Positions 1-10,139 are shown, numbered from the stretch's first letter. The stretch is DNA of 57,610 nt from Bdellovibrionales bacterium (GCA_018969905.1 JAGWXK010000003.1:1-57610); one strand, 5' to 3'. Numbers and translations: made by a program. The notes: a model not told the origin generated them from the sequence alone.

Positions 1-8
1 TGGCGTCC

Positions 9-3000
9 ATGATCAAGCTCTCGAAGGTTCGTTGGAAGACTCTTTTTTCTGTTCTTTTCATTTCGGGGCTTGCTTGGTTCGCATATGCATCCCAAAAGGC
101 GGATCCTCTGGCCTCGAGATTGGAGGAAGTTTCAGTGGAGCTCTTCGGAGCCTCAGACGCGTTCTCCGCCTCGGGACTTGGCAAGGGAAAACAGAACGGC
201 CTTTTCTCGCCTCGGGGAAAGAGTCAGGAGATGCCGACCGTTTCCATCTTGAACAATGCCGCCTACACTGCAGCCATGGTCAAGATCAAGGACCTGAAAA
301 AGATGATTGAGGAAGAATCCAAAAAGCGTGCGAATCTTCCCTATGAAAGTGACCAGTACCAAACCCTGGTTGAAGTGGCGGCGAAATATGTTGAAATCCA
401 GCGCGCGATCTACCTGAACTTCCTTTTCAATGTCCACGAACTCGGGATCGCTCCCCGGACCTTCAATGTTGACGAGTTGAATCTGAGGGTTGATGTGGGA
501 GTCGGGAACCAGCTTCTGCAAATGACCGAGCTTCAGAAAAAATTCAACATTCGACACTCCGCCGATGATCCGGATTTGAACCACGTGGATCTTTTCATAC
601 CTTACTACGATCGCATGCAGGTGGAGATTGCGGCCCTCTCCAAGCTAAAAAACAAGGTTCAGTATCAAAAGCTCATTCATCTCATGCACCTTCGAGACAG
701 CCTTGTGAACCGATGGTCGATCAAGCGAATCAGTTCGGGTTACAGTCAGGAGGGATATGTCACACCACCGGGAATCTACGCCACATTTTCGGACGACATG
801 TTGTCCAAGCCGTCTGAATACAGGTTTTCGAAAGACCTTGGAGTGGAGGACCGGTATCAGGTAAGGGTTGTCGACTCCGTTGATCGTCTTCTGAAGGTGC
901 TTGAGGACAAGCCGATTGGATCGCCTGCGGAGTACTTGAAGCTGGTACGCCGTTTTTATGATTCATTCGAAGATTTCAAGGGATTGACCATTGATGCTGA
1001 AGCCGTGGTCGCCAACCTTTACTATGCCGAGGAGACGGCCCTCCAGCATTCCGCGAAAAGGATCATTCTTGACTCGAGCTTTCCCCAGGACGATTTGTCG
1101 TCCGAGAAGATTGGGTCGAGAATTGCGATCAATGCATTTAAAATTCGTAAGGCTGCGATTCTCACCACGTTGATCAAAAGGATCAAGATCGATCTGGCGA
1201 CCGTGCAAGGCTATCTGGAGCCGGATGAGAACGGCATGATTGCGGAGAGCGCCATCGACAACGCGGTGGAGTTCATGAAACTTCCAAGTTCAAGCCTTGC
1301 ACTCGTCGAGAGGGAGATCGCTCCGTTTTTCGAAGCGAGGGGCCAGATCTGGAGGAAGAACCTTGCCAATGTGGTGTCGGCAGATTACGCGATGGCACTT
1401 CCTGGTGGTGAAAACCGAGCCGCGACGAACCGCTTTGGTGAGTTTTTCGGGCGAGTTTTGGAAGGATCCGGCAACGGAATTTTCGCGGTAAAGCAAATCA
1501 ATTCCTATGAGTCGGTCAAGCGGAAGCTTGAGTCTGTTTCCAGCACGACTGCCAAAACCCTTGATCAAAAGAAAGTTCCATTGACAACGCAGTGCTATTC
1601 TTTGGGAGTTGCCGGAGCTGGAGTTGCCTCCTGTCATAGTTGGGTGAATTCGAATCGTTATCTTTCCAGGCTGGACGCCAGGTCGGATGCGGGTATGGCT
1701 TGGGTGACTCCTTGGACACCCGGACAGATTTCCTCACTTCTTTCAAAAAAGCTTGAGGTCATAGAAAAATACGATGCGGACACTTGGAAAAAGATCAAGG
1801 TGCTTGTGGAAGATGCGGAACTCATGCAAATCATCGGGGATTTCTTCGAGAACCTGAACAAGCGCCACAATGAGGCGGTCAAGCAAAAACAGAATGCTTA
1901 CTTGAAGGACATCGAGAAACTCTCGGAAAAGCTCGCAAAGGAGATCAGAAAGAATCCTGATCTGGATCAGAAAGAAAACGCGATTTATCCGAAGATTATT
2001 GCTGTCTACAATAAGATCGAGAAGGTCGGATTCCTCCCCGAGGAGTCCGTCCTTACCGAAGAAATGTATCAGGCTGCAGCCAAGGACGTTTTCGAGAGCT
2101 TCATCAAAAAAGTGAGCGTGGCTCCGAAGATCGATCCTCCTGCGCCCCCGAAGCCAAAGAAAGAGGATCTCCTTCTCTACAAGCCGTATGTGGCGGTGCG
2201 GGACGCAACCTATGTGGCTCCCGCCCATGTTCCCGATTTGGAGCAGGCCATGCTCAATCAGTACATGAAGAGGGCCGAAAGGGTGGCGAGCCTTGGAAAG
2301 CTTTTCAGCTTGCTGGGCTTCGGAGAGGAACTCTTTTCAGTTTATCGCTTTGATTCCCGCTTGAAGGGGGCAAAAGGTGAGGGGGTTCCTTTTGTTGTGA
2401 TCGAATCTCTTTATGCAAAACCGGATGCCGCAACGATCGGAAAGCTCAACGGCGCGATCAAGGCGGATGCCCGCCTTGGAAAAGCGCAGGCGATTTCAGA
2501 GATCGCCCGCACCGCACTTTCGCAAAAGCTTCTTTCGGAACTCATCATTGCGGATGTGTACTCGAGAACCCCGTTTTTGAGAATCCAGCAAGGGGAAGAG
2601 GATAAAGCCCCTACCGGTCTTGAACGACTTGAAAAGGCCTACTCGCAAAAGAACGGTTGGAACCGGGAACTTGCAAAAGGGATTTTCATTTCCCTACTCA
2701 AGACCGCGGCTGAAAACGATATCGGGAAGGTCGAGGAAGGCGTTCTCGCAAACCCTGCAAACCCCGTTCAGGACGAGAGCTTCCGAAAAATCTTCCGATC
2801 CCAGGCTTACAATCGGAATGTCCTGATCTCCGCACTTTCCGAGTCTAAGGCGAGCTGGGTACAAGGCTGGGATGATGAACTGAAAAAAGAAACCCGTACC
2901 ACCTCCGAAAAGTGGAGTGACGGGTTGAACCGGGTCGCGGGAGTTTTGTTTGTTTGCACGATGGTTTTCTTGCTTTGGGAATTCCTGCCCGTGATCATTC

Positions 3001-4364
3001 CCGCTCTGGGTGCGGCTATGCCGACAGCGAGTGCGTTTTTCTCGGGGTTCTCGATTCTTGGAATGTCGGGATCCGTGATCGCCGGATTTCTGAGTGGAAG
3101 CAATCTGTTTGTGCAGATGTTCTTCATTGCCACCATTGCAGCCCAAGGACAGGTGGCATTCTTCACCCTTCCTGCGCAACTTCGCTATCAGAAGGAGATT
3201 GCAAATTCCACAGTCGGGTTAACCGCAAAGACAAGTCGGATCGTGGCCCCGGCGGAACGGGCAAATCGTGAAAACATTCGCCTTTTCCAGGAGGAAATCC
3301 GTTCAGCGAAAATCGTCACTGGCGTATTTGCCGCCATTCAGGTTGCTTTTATTCCGTTACAGGTGAAACAGATCGCCCGCGGATTTGGGCAGTCGGGCAA
3401 GGTGGCACTCACCCGCTTCGGAACTTCAAGTCCGAATCTTGCCGCATCGATGAGGCAGTATTCGCTTTCCGAGCTCGTCCAGAAGTTCGGATATGCCAAA
3501 GGAAGCAAGATGTATTTTGAGCGCTACACCACTGCATTGATGACCAACAAACCCATCCGTTCGGTGAATGGGGGGGCAACCATCGCCCAGGCCAATGAGC
3601 TATTGGCGAACTCGCTCAGCACCCATCTTTCGAATTCAAGTGAAGTGGCAGTCCTTCTTGAGCGGAGAATTGAATTTCTAAAGGAGAAAATCCTCCTTCT
3701 CTCCGATCAGGCCAAGAAGCAATTCGCGATCACCCAGGGAAAGAAAGTCAAGGAGATCGATGAGGCGGTGAGGATCTTTTTCGGGAGGGAGCTTGCGGCA
3801 ATCGGATTCCGGCTGCAGCACCCCCACGTGCGGATTGCGGTCCGTGAAAAAGTGGCAAAGGCGATCGAACAGGGGGTTTTTGAAACCATTGAGTTTGGCA
3901 CCGATAAGAATCTTTTGAAGGCTTTTCTTTTACGGATGAAAGCCGAGAGACACATGTATGAGGCGGTGTTTTTGAAGCGGCAGCTTGAGATGTTGAGGAA
4001 TTCGGAACTTGCGGCCGGAGGACTGACCGGAACCCGGGAGTTGTTCCTTGATTTTACGCGTCTTGAGCAGGTCCAGGTGCTTGATGATTTACTGAAGTGG
4101 GGAGCGAACCATCCGGAATTCCAGGGATCCGGATTTGCGGATCTTCTGGCTCAAGCCCGACGTGCATCCAAGGATTACAAGATCATTGTCAATGACATCA
4201 AAAACCTCACCCCGAAAGAACGGGCGATTTATCAGGCCATGAACGGTGAGTCTGATGTCATCGTGAACGACGATCTTACCCTGCAGCTTGGGTCGGGCTC
4301 GGATGGTCTTGATGGAGTCGAGAACTTTGTTGTACCCGGGTTGCCCTTGGGGCTGAGGCCGTAA
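9..4364 (+). CDS. Large exported/membrane hypothetical protein (1451 aa)
   Basis: Long ORF with an N-terminal signal-like segment (LFSVLFISGLAWFAYA), a Pro-rich linker (PPAPPKPKK) and a cluster of Gly/Ala-rich hydrophobic segments around aa 975-1115. No family recognised. Confidence 0.8.
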   Translation: MIKLSKVRWKTLFSVLFISGLAWFAYASQKADPLASRLEEVSVELFGASDAFSASGLGKGKQNGLFSPRGKSQEMPTVSILNNAAYTAAMVKIKDLKKMIEEESKKRANLPYESDQYQTLVEVAAKYVEIQRAIYLNFLFNVHELGIAPRTFNVDELNLRVDVGVGNQLLQMTELQKKFNIRHSADDPDLNHVDLFIPYYDRMQVEIAALSKLKNKVQYQKLIHLMHLRDSLVNRWSIKRISSGYSQEGYVTPPGIYATFSDDMLSKPSEYRFSKDLGVEDRYQVRVVDSVDRLLKVLEDKPIGSPAEYLKLVRRFYDSFEDFKGLTIDAEAVVANLYYAEETALQHSAKRIILDSSFPQDDLSSEKIGSRIAINAFKIRKAAILTTLIKRIKIDLATVQGYLEPDENGMIAESAIDNAVEFMKLPSSSLALVEREIAPFFEARGQIWRKNLANVVSADYAMALPGGENRAATNRFGEFFGRVLEGSGNGIFAVKQINSYESVKRKLESVSSTTAKTLDQKKVPLTTQCYSLGVAGAGVASCHSWVNSNRYLSRLDARSDAGMAWVTPWTPGQISSLLSKKLEVIEKYDADTWKKIKVLVEDAELMQIIGDFFENLNKRHNEAVKQKQNAYLKDIEKLSEKLAKEIRKNPDLDQKENAIYPKIIAVYNKIEKVGFLPEESVLTEEMYQAAAKDVFESFIKKVSVAPKIDPPAPPKPKKEDLLLYKPYVAVRDATYVAPAHVPDLEQAMLNQYMKRAERVASLGKLFSLLGFGEELFSVYRFDSRLKGAKGEGVPFVVIESLYAKPDAATIGKLNGAIKADARLGKAQAISEIARTALSQKLLSELIIADVYSRTPFLRIQQGEEDKAPTGLERLEKAYSQKNGWNRELAKGIFISLLKTAAENDIGKVEEGVLANPANPVQDESFRKIFRSQAYNRNVLISALSESKASWVQGWDDELKKETRTTSEKWSDGLNRVAGVLFVCTMVFLLWEFLPVIIPALGAAMPTASAFFSGFSILGMSGSVIAGFLSGSNLFVQMFFIATIAAQGQVAFFTLPAQLRYQKEIANSTVGLTAKTSRIVAPAERANRENIRLFQEEIRSAKIVTGVFAAIQVAFIPLQVKQIARGFGQSGKVALTRFGTSSPNLAASMRQYSLSELVQKFGYAKGSKMYFERYTTALMTNKPIRSVNGGATIAQANELLANSLSTHLSNSSEVAVLLERRIEFLKEKILLLSDQAKKQFAITQGKKVKEIDEAVRIFFGRELAAIGFRLQHPHVRIAVREKVAKAIEQGVFETIEFGTDKNLLKAFLLRMKAERHMYEAVFLKRQLEMLRNSELAAGGLTGTRELFLDFTRLEQVQVLDDLLKWGANHPEFQGSGFADLLAQARRASKDYKIIVNDIKNLTPKERAIYQAMNGESDVIVNDDLTLQLGSGSDGLDGVENFVVPGLPLGLRP

Positions 4365-4430
4365 TCTGGCGTATTTTCCTGTTGCCTTACACAGGTGTTC
4401 CTAGTGAAATGAGAGGGATTCCGGATTTCA

Positions 4431-5375
4431 ATGGAACCATTTGGGGGGCAAGTGAATATCTTTTTTCGTTTTTTGGTTTTGAGTGTTGTATTTCACGGGG
4501 CTACGGTCACGAGGGCGGCAGTCTCCCTGGAGCTTGATCATTCCCGCGCGGCAGTTCGGCAGTATGACGAAGTGAGGAGTTTTCTCGGTGAGCTTGCGAA
4601 GGCCCATCCCGGAAATGCCAGAATCATCACACTCGGCGAGAGTGATTCGGGTGAACCGATTGTGGGGCTTGAAGTGGGTTCCGGCCGGATCAACCAGGTT
4701 GTAGTGGCAACCCACCACGGAAATGAATACGGGTCGACCGAGGTGGGATTGGCGTTTGCCCGCGACATCGCCGCACGGCCCATTCCGGGGTATAAGGTTC
4801 ATGTGATCCCGGTTCTGAATGTGTCCGGGTACAACAGAAAAATGCGCAGGGAGGCCGCCCAGGGAAGGTCATATGATCCAAACCGGAACTATCCCGGTCC
4901 CTGCGGGACGGAGGGGCCGTTTACCCTGAAATCCACCCGCGCTCTTGCACGATTCATTTCGGAGAAGAACATCGTAACCTCTGCAACCCTTCATACGTTT
5001 TCGCCTGCGGTGGTCTATCCTTGGGGGCTTTCCAGTCATGACCTCAAGACCGGGTATGAAGGCATTTTCAAGGGTCTGGTTGAAGAGGCCACTCGCGAGA
5101 GCAATTATCCCACTGGCAATTCGACAGAGCTCATTTACCCTGCGGATGGTACCTATGAGGATTACGCATTCCACACCCACGGAATCTGGTCTGTTTTGTT
5201 TGAATTGGGACAATCCCACAATCCCTCTACCCAGAATATCGAAACGATGGTGAGGGTGAATGTGCCTGGAATCCGAAGGATGCTTGAGTCAGCCCCTATC
5301 GAAAGGGCCTCGAAACATGCGTTCTCGGGGAAGTGTGACCGAAGCCTCGTCAGTCTTGACCGTCACGACGAGTGA
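4431..5375 (+). CDS. Secreted M14-family zinc carboxypeptidase
   Basis: HGNE zinc motif, DPNRNY, TLHTFS and LFELG catalytic Glu region; N-terminal signal peptide. Confidence 0.88.
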   Translation: MEPFGGQVNIFFRFLVLSVVFHGATVTRAAVSLELDHSRAAVRQYDEVRSFLGELAKAHPGNARIITLGESDSGEPIVGLEVGSGRINQVVVATHHGNEYGSTEVGLAFARDIAARPIPGYKVHVIPVLNVSGYNRKMRREAAQGRSYDPNRNYPGPCGTEGPFTLKSTRALARFISEKNIVTSATLHTFSPAVVYPWGLSSHDLKTGYEGIFKGLVEEATRESNYPTGNSTELIYPADGTYEDYAFHTHGIWSVLFELGQSHNPSTQNIETMVRVNVPGIRRMLESAPIERASKHAFSGKCDRSLVSLDRHDE

Positions 5376-5446
5376 GGAACACCCAAAGCAAAAGAACACT
5401 CCGGACGTTCTTGTTCCTGATTACAAAAGAGGCAAGCCGACAGGCT

Positions 5447-5986
5447 CTAGAATTTCGGACCCCAGTAAGGGCGATCGCTCTGCTCGATCAATCCACGCCG
5501 TTCTGAAGCTCTTTCAGCGGCTTCTTGATCCTTGATTGATTCCTGGGCCCGCTCTGCCACCTCCAGGGCGATTCTCAAACGATTCGACTCGCATGCGCTG
5601 ACAGAGTGGTAGATTCCGTTTTGGTCCCGATTGTAGTTGGTTGTCGCGAACTGGGCAATCCAGGAGGGCAGAGCTCCAATGGTCAATTCGGCTCGATCCC
5701 TGCCCATATTCACATTGAATCCTTTCGGGTCTCCGGCCTGGTGCTGCCACTCATCTTTTTCCAGAGTATATCCGCGGCAATGAGTTGCCGCATGGACCTC
5801 ATTGCAGATCTGCAGAAGTACGCTCAAATGATCCTGTTTCCGTTTCACTTCGATCTCAAGGGACCGGCCGTTTCCGGCATACAAAAACAGGTCTCCGTTC
5901 TTCTCGATCAGCAGAGAGCATTGTCCTGCTTGGGAGGAAAGGGGGGCAAGGGTCAAAAGAGTGAGGGCCAAGGTCAAAGTCTTCAT
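5447..5986 (-). CDS. Secreted hypothetical protein
   Basis: Signal peptide MKTLTLALTLLTLAPLSSQA; AAGGA SD upstream. Confidence 0.7.
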   Translation of the reverse strand: MKTLTLALTLLTLAPLSSQAGQCSLLIEKNGDLFLYAGNGRSLEIEVKRKQDHLSVLLQICNEVHAATHCRGYTLEKDEWQHQAGDPKGFNVNMGRDRAELTIGALPSWIAQFATTNYNRDQNGIYHSVSACESNRLRIALEVAERAQESIKDQEAAERASERRGLIEQSDRPYWGPKF

Positions 5987-6076
5987 GGGGATTTCCTTTG
6001 TTCGGGCCGAAGTCTAAGCCGGACCGACAAGCTCTGTCAATTATTTTTATATTCGATAAGTATAAAAATTACTAAC

Positions 6077-6997
6077 TCAGTTTGAAAATCGCACGATCAA
6101 TCGTTCGATACGGGCTCCGGTTTCCACCATTGATCCGCCAGGATGTGCCGCAACATCCGATTTTAACAGCTCGATCCTGCGAACCATCGCTGACAGCGCC
6201 TCGTCTTCCAGAAGGTTCTTCTCCTTGAGTCGTGCAGCAATCGATTTTGGGTCAAGTGCAAGAATCCGGGTACGGGTGTCTTTTTCCATGGGTTTCGCGA
6301 GGTCCTCGCTCCAATAGAGCCAGAACCATTGGTTTCCCGGGCTTTTTTCCACCAAAGGGAAAGAGTCGGCATGATCAATCGCCCAAATGCGGTTGGTTTC
6401 AGGATCATGCAAGAAGTTTGTGATGTTCCGGTCGGTGTTACCGCTTACGATGTCAAGGACCGCCATTCTTTCAAGCTCCGTTTTGTGACGGAGAATTGCA
6501 TCGGGACTTTTCCTCAGGTGTTCATCAACATATTTTTGATAGGTTGTGGAGCTTGTGAAATCCCTCCCCTTGGCAAAGGCCTGTATGGAGGCGTCGCCCC
6601 CCTCGATGCGGGTCAGGCGTGTTTCTGGGACAAGGTTGAATCCGAGGATGCGATCCAATGCACAGGTCGCAACGTCGCGTTTCATCCGGGTACGAATGTC
6701 AAAGCCGTGATTTCGAATCCCGAAATCGGGATCAAAATGGGTGAATGTTTCCTTCCTGACGTAGTATCCCCGATTGCGGGGCAGGCCGATGACCTTGAAA
6801 ACACCCTGGTTTTTCACCCGATGGAGTGTGAGAAGCTTCATCTCAATTTTTTTTGCAAGGGAATCTGCATCAAATCCTGCAAGTTCCTGGAGTCCCGGCT
6901 TTAGCTCATCCCGACAAAAGGGATCTGCCGCGAAAACGGAGAAAAAGGGAAAACAAAAGAGGTTGAGTTGAAAAAATGCGTAAAGACACCTTCTCAT
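6077..6997 (-). CDS. Secreted PI3/PI4-kinase-like (HipA/PI4K type II-like) atypical kinase
   Basis: Motifs RDVATCALDRILGFNLVPET, LDIVSGNTDRNITNFL and WAIDHADSF. Probable start at ATG 6997 gives a signal-peptide-like N-terminus; the ORF track starts at 7054. Confidence 0.75.
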   Translation of the reverse strand: MRRCLYAFFQLNLFCFPFFSVFAADPFCRDELKPGLQELAGFDADSLAKKIEMKLLTLHRVKNQGVFKVIGLPRNRGYYVRKETFTHFDPDFGIRNHGFDIRTRMKRDVATCALDRILGFNLVPETRLTRIEGGDASIQAFAKGRDFTSSTTYQKYVDEHLRKSPDAILRHKTELERMAVLDIVSGNTDRNITNFLHDPETNRIWAIDHADSFPLVEKSPGNQWFWLYWSEDLAKPMEKDTRTRILALDPKSIAARLKEKNLLEDEALSAMVRRIELLKSDVAAHPGGSMVETGARIERLIVRFSN

Positions 6998-7104
6998 GAC
7001 CGACTCATCGGCTGCCGGGCCGGAATAAATTACGGTTGTGTAAAATAACGACATCTCCGCAATCCTGCGCGTGCCTCAAATCGAGAATACGGGCCTTTGG
7101 GTGA

Positions 7105-7120
7105 TGGCACTCCCTTTGCT
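7105..7120 (+). promoter_or_regulatory. Putative sigma-54 (-24/-12) promoter
   Basis: TGGCACTCCCTTTGCT matches GG-N10-GC, just upstream of the lipoprotein ATG at 7143. Confidence 0.6.
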
Positions 7121-7142
7121 TTTATGGGTTCCGACTACACAT

Positions 7143-7535
7143 ATGAAACACACTAAGGCAATTCCATTGATTTTGATCGCTCTGACTCTTTCGGCTTGTG
7201 GAAGGGGACTTGATACCTATCATTCCGCTGGACTGCAGCAAGCAGGGCTTTTGGACGGAGTTCTTACGATTCCGAATTCCGGTGTTTCGAGTGGAAGAAG
7301 CTTTATCAATACCGAACTTTCAGGCTTTTACATTGACCTTGAAGAGTCTGATCCAGAGGCGATCTCTTATTTGAATCGACTGGAATCCCGCGAAATTTCG
7401 GTCGCCAGAACGCCACTCTCCAACTCCACATTGTATTCAGTGAGGTTTTCAGGAGTCTGGGGCGACGGGCCATGCCCTTTTGATGGGGCACTTACCTGCA
7501 GCAAAATCAAGCTCAGGGAGCTCGTTGCCTACTGA
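7143..7535 (+). CDS. Lipoprotein, unknown function
   Basis: MKHTKAIPLILIALTLSAC lipobox; start moved from 7071 to ATG 7143. Confidence 0.75.
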   Translation: MKHTKAIPLILIALTLSACGRGLDTYHSAGLQQAGLLDGVLTIPNSGVSSGRSFINTELSGFYIDLEESDPEAISYLNRLESREISVARTPLSNSTLYSVRFSGVWGDGPCPFDGALTCSKIKLRELVAY

Positions 7536-7684
7536 ATGGTGTGTATTTTAATCGGAAAGTGCTGGCCTTCCTTACAGCCGAGTGATAGAGTCGGATAGTT
7601 GATGTTAACTTGCTCTTTTAGATGTCTGCTAGGTAATAAGGCCTGTAAATCTCTTAAAGTGGCGCCCAGCCTTAAGGAGGTTTT

Positions 7685-7966
7685 ATGGGAAATAAACTAT
7701 TCGTAGGTAACCTTTCGTTTTCAGTGTCCGATCAATCTCTTGCAGATACTTTCGCTCAAGTAGGAACAGTACAGTCTGCAAAGGTGATCACCGATCGCGA
7801 AACTGGCCGTAGCAAAGGCTTCGGATTCGTAGAAATGGCTTCTGATGCAGAAGCTCAAGCTGCAATTCAGCGTTTCAACGGCGCTGAAGAAAACGGACGT
7901 GCAATGACTGTGAATATCGCCAAGCCAATGGCTCCTCGCGACAACCGCGGTCCTCGCCGTTACTAA
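7685..7966 (+). CDS. RRM-domain RNA-binding protein (Rbp family)
   Basis: RNP2 LFVGNL and RNP1 KGFGFVEM; strong AAGGAGG SD. Confidence 0.95.
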   Translation: MGNKLFVGNLSFSVSDQSLADTFAQVGTVQSAKVITDRETGRSKGFGFVEMASDAEAQAAIQRFNGAEENGRAMTVNIAKPMAPRDNRGPRRY

Positions 7967-7992
7967 GATTGATCCATTCATTTCATTGAATC

Positions 7993-8028
7993 AAAAGGCC
8001 TTGGAGAACTTCTCCGAGGCCTTTTTTT
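7993..8028 (+). terminator. Rho-independent terminator
   Basis: AAAAGGCCTTGGAGA-ACT-TCTCCGAGGCCTTTTTTT hairpin with T-run after the RRM gene. Confidence 0.85.
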
Positions 8029-8125
8029 GTTCCCGCATCCGCGCCCGGTCTCAACAAGTGTACAAAGTCTCGACATTTTTCGGATCTTGAACCCAGTAAA
8101 TTCAGGTGCTTGCGGGAGTTCGATC

Positions 8126-8141
8126 TGGCCCGATGCTTGCT
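8126..8141 (+). promoter_or_regulatory. Putative sigma-54 promoter
   Basis: TGGCCCGATGCTTGCT (GG-N10-GC) upstream of ATG 8165. Confidence 0.5.
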
Positions 8142-8164
8142 TTGTTCATGGTACGGAGCAATTT

Positions 8165-8857
8165 ATGAAGTCGATGAAAATGGTAGGAGTCCTGGTGATC
8201 GGTGGTTTCATTACCCTAAATGCCTTTGCAGATTCTTCCTGTGAAAAGAGCATCAGTCCCGGTGTCATTCAGGAAGTGGTCGACTCAATGAACTCGGATC
8301 CGATCCCCTGCCTTGATCTCGAGGAAACTCCCGAAGCTGGTACAATCTGTAAAACAGAAGCCGGATACACTTTTGTGAGATTTCACGACGGGTGGAAGGA
8401 CGTGGAATCCGGTGATCGTTGGTTCGATGAAGTGGGCTACGGAAATCATTCGGCGGCGCAAAAACATTGCAATAAAAAGGCGGCATCTCTCCCTTCCGCT
8501 CGTCAATTGGATATTGCCTACAAGCATGGGTTAGGTGAAGTTCTGGATTTGAGCATCGTTTATCCGGATGGTTCCTTCCCAACCAACCCGACCTTTTGGA
8601 CCAATGATGAGCACAAAGAAGGGAAGTGCCTGCGATCCATTCTGGGGCTTCTGAAGGATGGTGAAGCCTGTCCACAAGTCAAAGAAAAGAAGTCGAAGTC
8701 ACAAGACAAAGAAAAGAAGTCGAAGTCACAAGACAAAGAAAAGAACTCAAAGCCACAAGACAAAGAGTATTGGGTTTTTGGTCCTGACAATCATCAATTC
8801 GCCTACGGGTCCGAAAAGTATGTGACTATTGCCGAAACTGCGATTTGTGTAAAATAG
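8165..8857 (+). CDS. Secreted Cys-containing hypothetical protein with a Lys-rich tandem repeat
   Basis: Signal peptide ending in NAFA, several Cys, (KEKKSKSQD)x3; GGAG SD before ATG 8165. Confidence 0.7.
   Translation: MKSMKMVGVLVIGGFITLNAFADSSCEKSISPGVIQEVVDSMNSDPIPCLDLEETPEAGTICKTEAGYTFVRFHDGWKDVESGDRWFDEVGYGNHSAAQKHCNKKAASLPSARQLDIAYKHGLGEVLDLSIVYPDGSFPTNPTFWTNDEHKEGKCLRSILGLLKDGEACPQVKEKKSKSQDKEKKSKSQDKEKNSKPQDKEYWVFGPDNHQFAYGSEKYVTIAETAICVK
8681..8761 (+). repeat. 27-bp tandem repeat x3, in frame
   Basis: AAAGAAAAGAAGTCGAAGTCACAAGAC twice exactly, plus one degenerate copy. Confidence 0.9.
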
Positions 8858-10139
8858 CAGTGATGAGCCAATCACCTGACTCCATCAAAAGGAGCACCCC
8901 CGAAAGGCACCCGATTCCGATCAGCATGGGACTCAGAGAACTTCTCTTTCCTGCAAGCAGATGAAGGGTTACATACGAAAAAATGCCCCAAAGAATCCCT
9001 TGAGTGATTGAAAAGGTGAATGGAATCAGAATGAGGGTCAGAAAGGCCGGGATCAATTCCTCAGGACCCGAAAGCGTTAGGCCAAGCACTGAGCGAAACA
9101 TCATCGCGCCGACCATGACAAGTACCGGTGCAGTGGCGTAGGACGGAATCAGACCCAAAATCGGCGCAAGAAAAAAGCAGGGAAGAAAACAAAGAGCAGT
9201 CACCACGGATGCCATACCGGACCTTCCCCCTGCCTCGATTCCAGCCGAACTTTCGATGTAGGCGGTACCGGCGGAGGTTCCGAAGGGTCCCGCAAGCATG
9301 GTAGCGAGTGAATCCACCAAAAGGCCCTGTCTGAGATTTTTTGGTTCTCCCTTTTCATCGACCAATCCAGTGGCATGGGAAACTCCGATCAGGGTCGAGA
9401 GCGAATCAAAAAGATCGGTAAACAGGATTGAGACGATGGCAGGGATCAGCGCGGGCTTCAGTGATCCAACAAGGTCAAGCTTGAGAAACACCGATTCAAA
9501 GTCGGGTAGGGACAGGAACTCCTTCGGGGCCTCGATCTTGCCCATGAATGCCGCCCCGAGGGTCACGGTCAGGATTCCCGCGATGAATGCGAGGGGATTT
9601 TTTTTCCGTGAAAGAATCACAATCACGGCAAGACCGAGAATTCCAAGACCTGCACGATGATCGAGTTTTGCAAGATGGACAAGGGTCACGGGGTCGGACT
9701 CAAGAAAGTGCGCGTTTTGCAGCCCGATGAAACTCAAGAATATCCCGATCCCGCCGGCAGAGGCGATCCGGATGGACGCCGGAATCGACTGGGCGATTTT
9801 CTCCCGAAGAGGTGTGATGGAGATGAGTAAAAAAAGAAACCCCGACCAGAACACCATTCCAAGTGCCGTGGGCCAGGCAATCCCGCGACCAAGGATGATC
9901 GAATACGTGAAAAAAGCGTTGATCCCCATCCCCGGTGCCACGGCAAAGGGGAGTTTTGCATAAAGGCCCATGAGCGCGGTCATCAAAAAACAAAGCAGAA
10001 CCGTTGCGGTCATCACGCCCGAAAAGCTGAGCCCAGTGCCATGGGTCGAGAGAATCGCAGGGTTCACCACCACGATGTAGGACATGGTGAAGAAAGTGGT
10101 GAGCCCACCGATCCAGTCGGATTTATCGATTGCCTTCAT
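8826..10139 (-). CDS. NCS2/AzgA-family purine (guanine/hypoxanthine/xanthine) permease
   Basis: GLTTFFTMSYIVVVNP, APGMGINAFF and YIESSAGIEAGGRSG motifs; purine-catabolism context. Confidence 0.92.
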   Translation of the reverse strand: MKAIDKSDWIGGLTTFFTMSYIVVVNPAILSTHGTGLSFSGVMTATVLLCFLMTALMGLYAKLPFAVAPGMGINAFFTYSIILGRGIAWPTALGMVFWSGFLFLLISITPLREKIAQSIPASIRIASAGGIGIFLSFIGLQNAHFLESDPVTLVHLAKLDHRAGLGILGLAVIVILSRKKNPLAFIAGILTVTLGAAFMGKIEAPKEFLSLPDFESVFLKLDLVGSLKPALIPAIVSILFTDLFDSLSTLIGVSHATGLVDEKGEPKNLRQGLLVDSLATMLAGPFGTSAGTAYIESSAGIEAGGRSGMASVVTALCFLPCFFLAPILGLIPSYATAPVLVMVGAMMFRSVLGLTLSGPEELIPAFLTLILIPFTFSITQGILWGIFSYVTLHLLAGKRSSLSPMLIGIGCLSGVLLLMESGDWLITAILHKSQFRQ

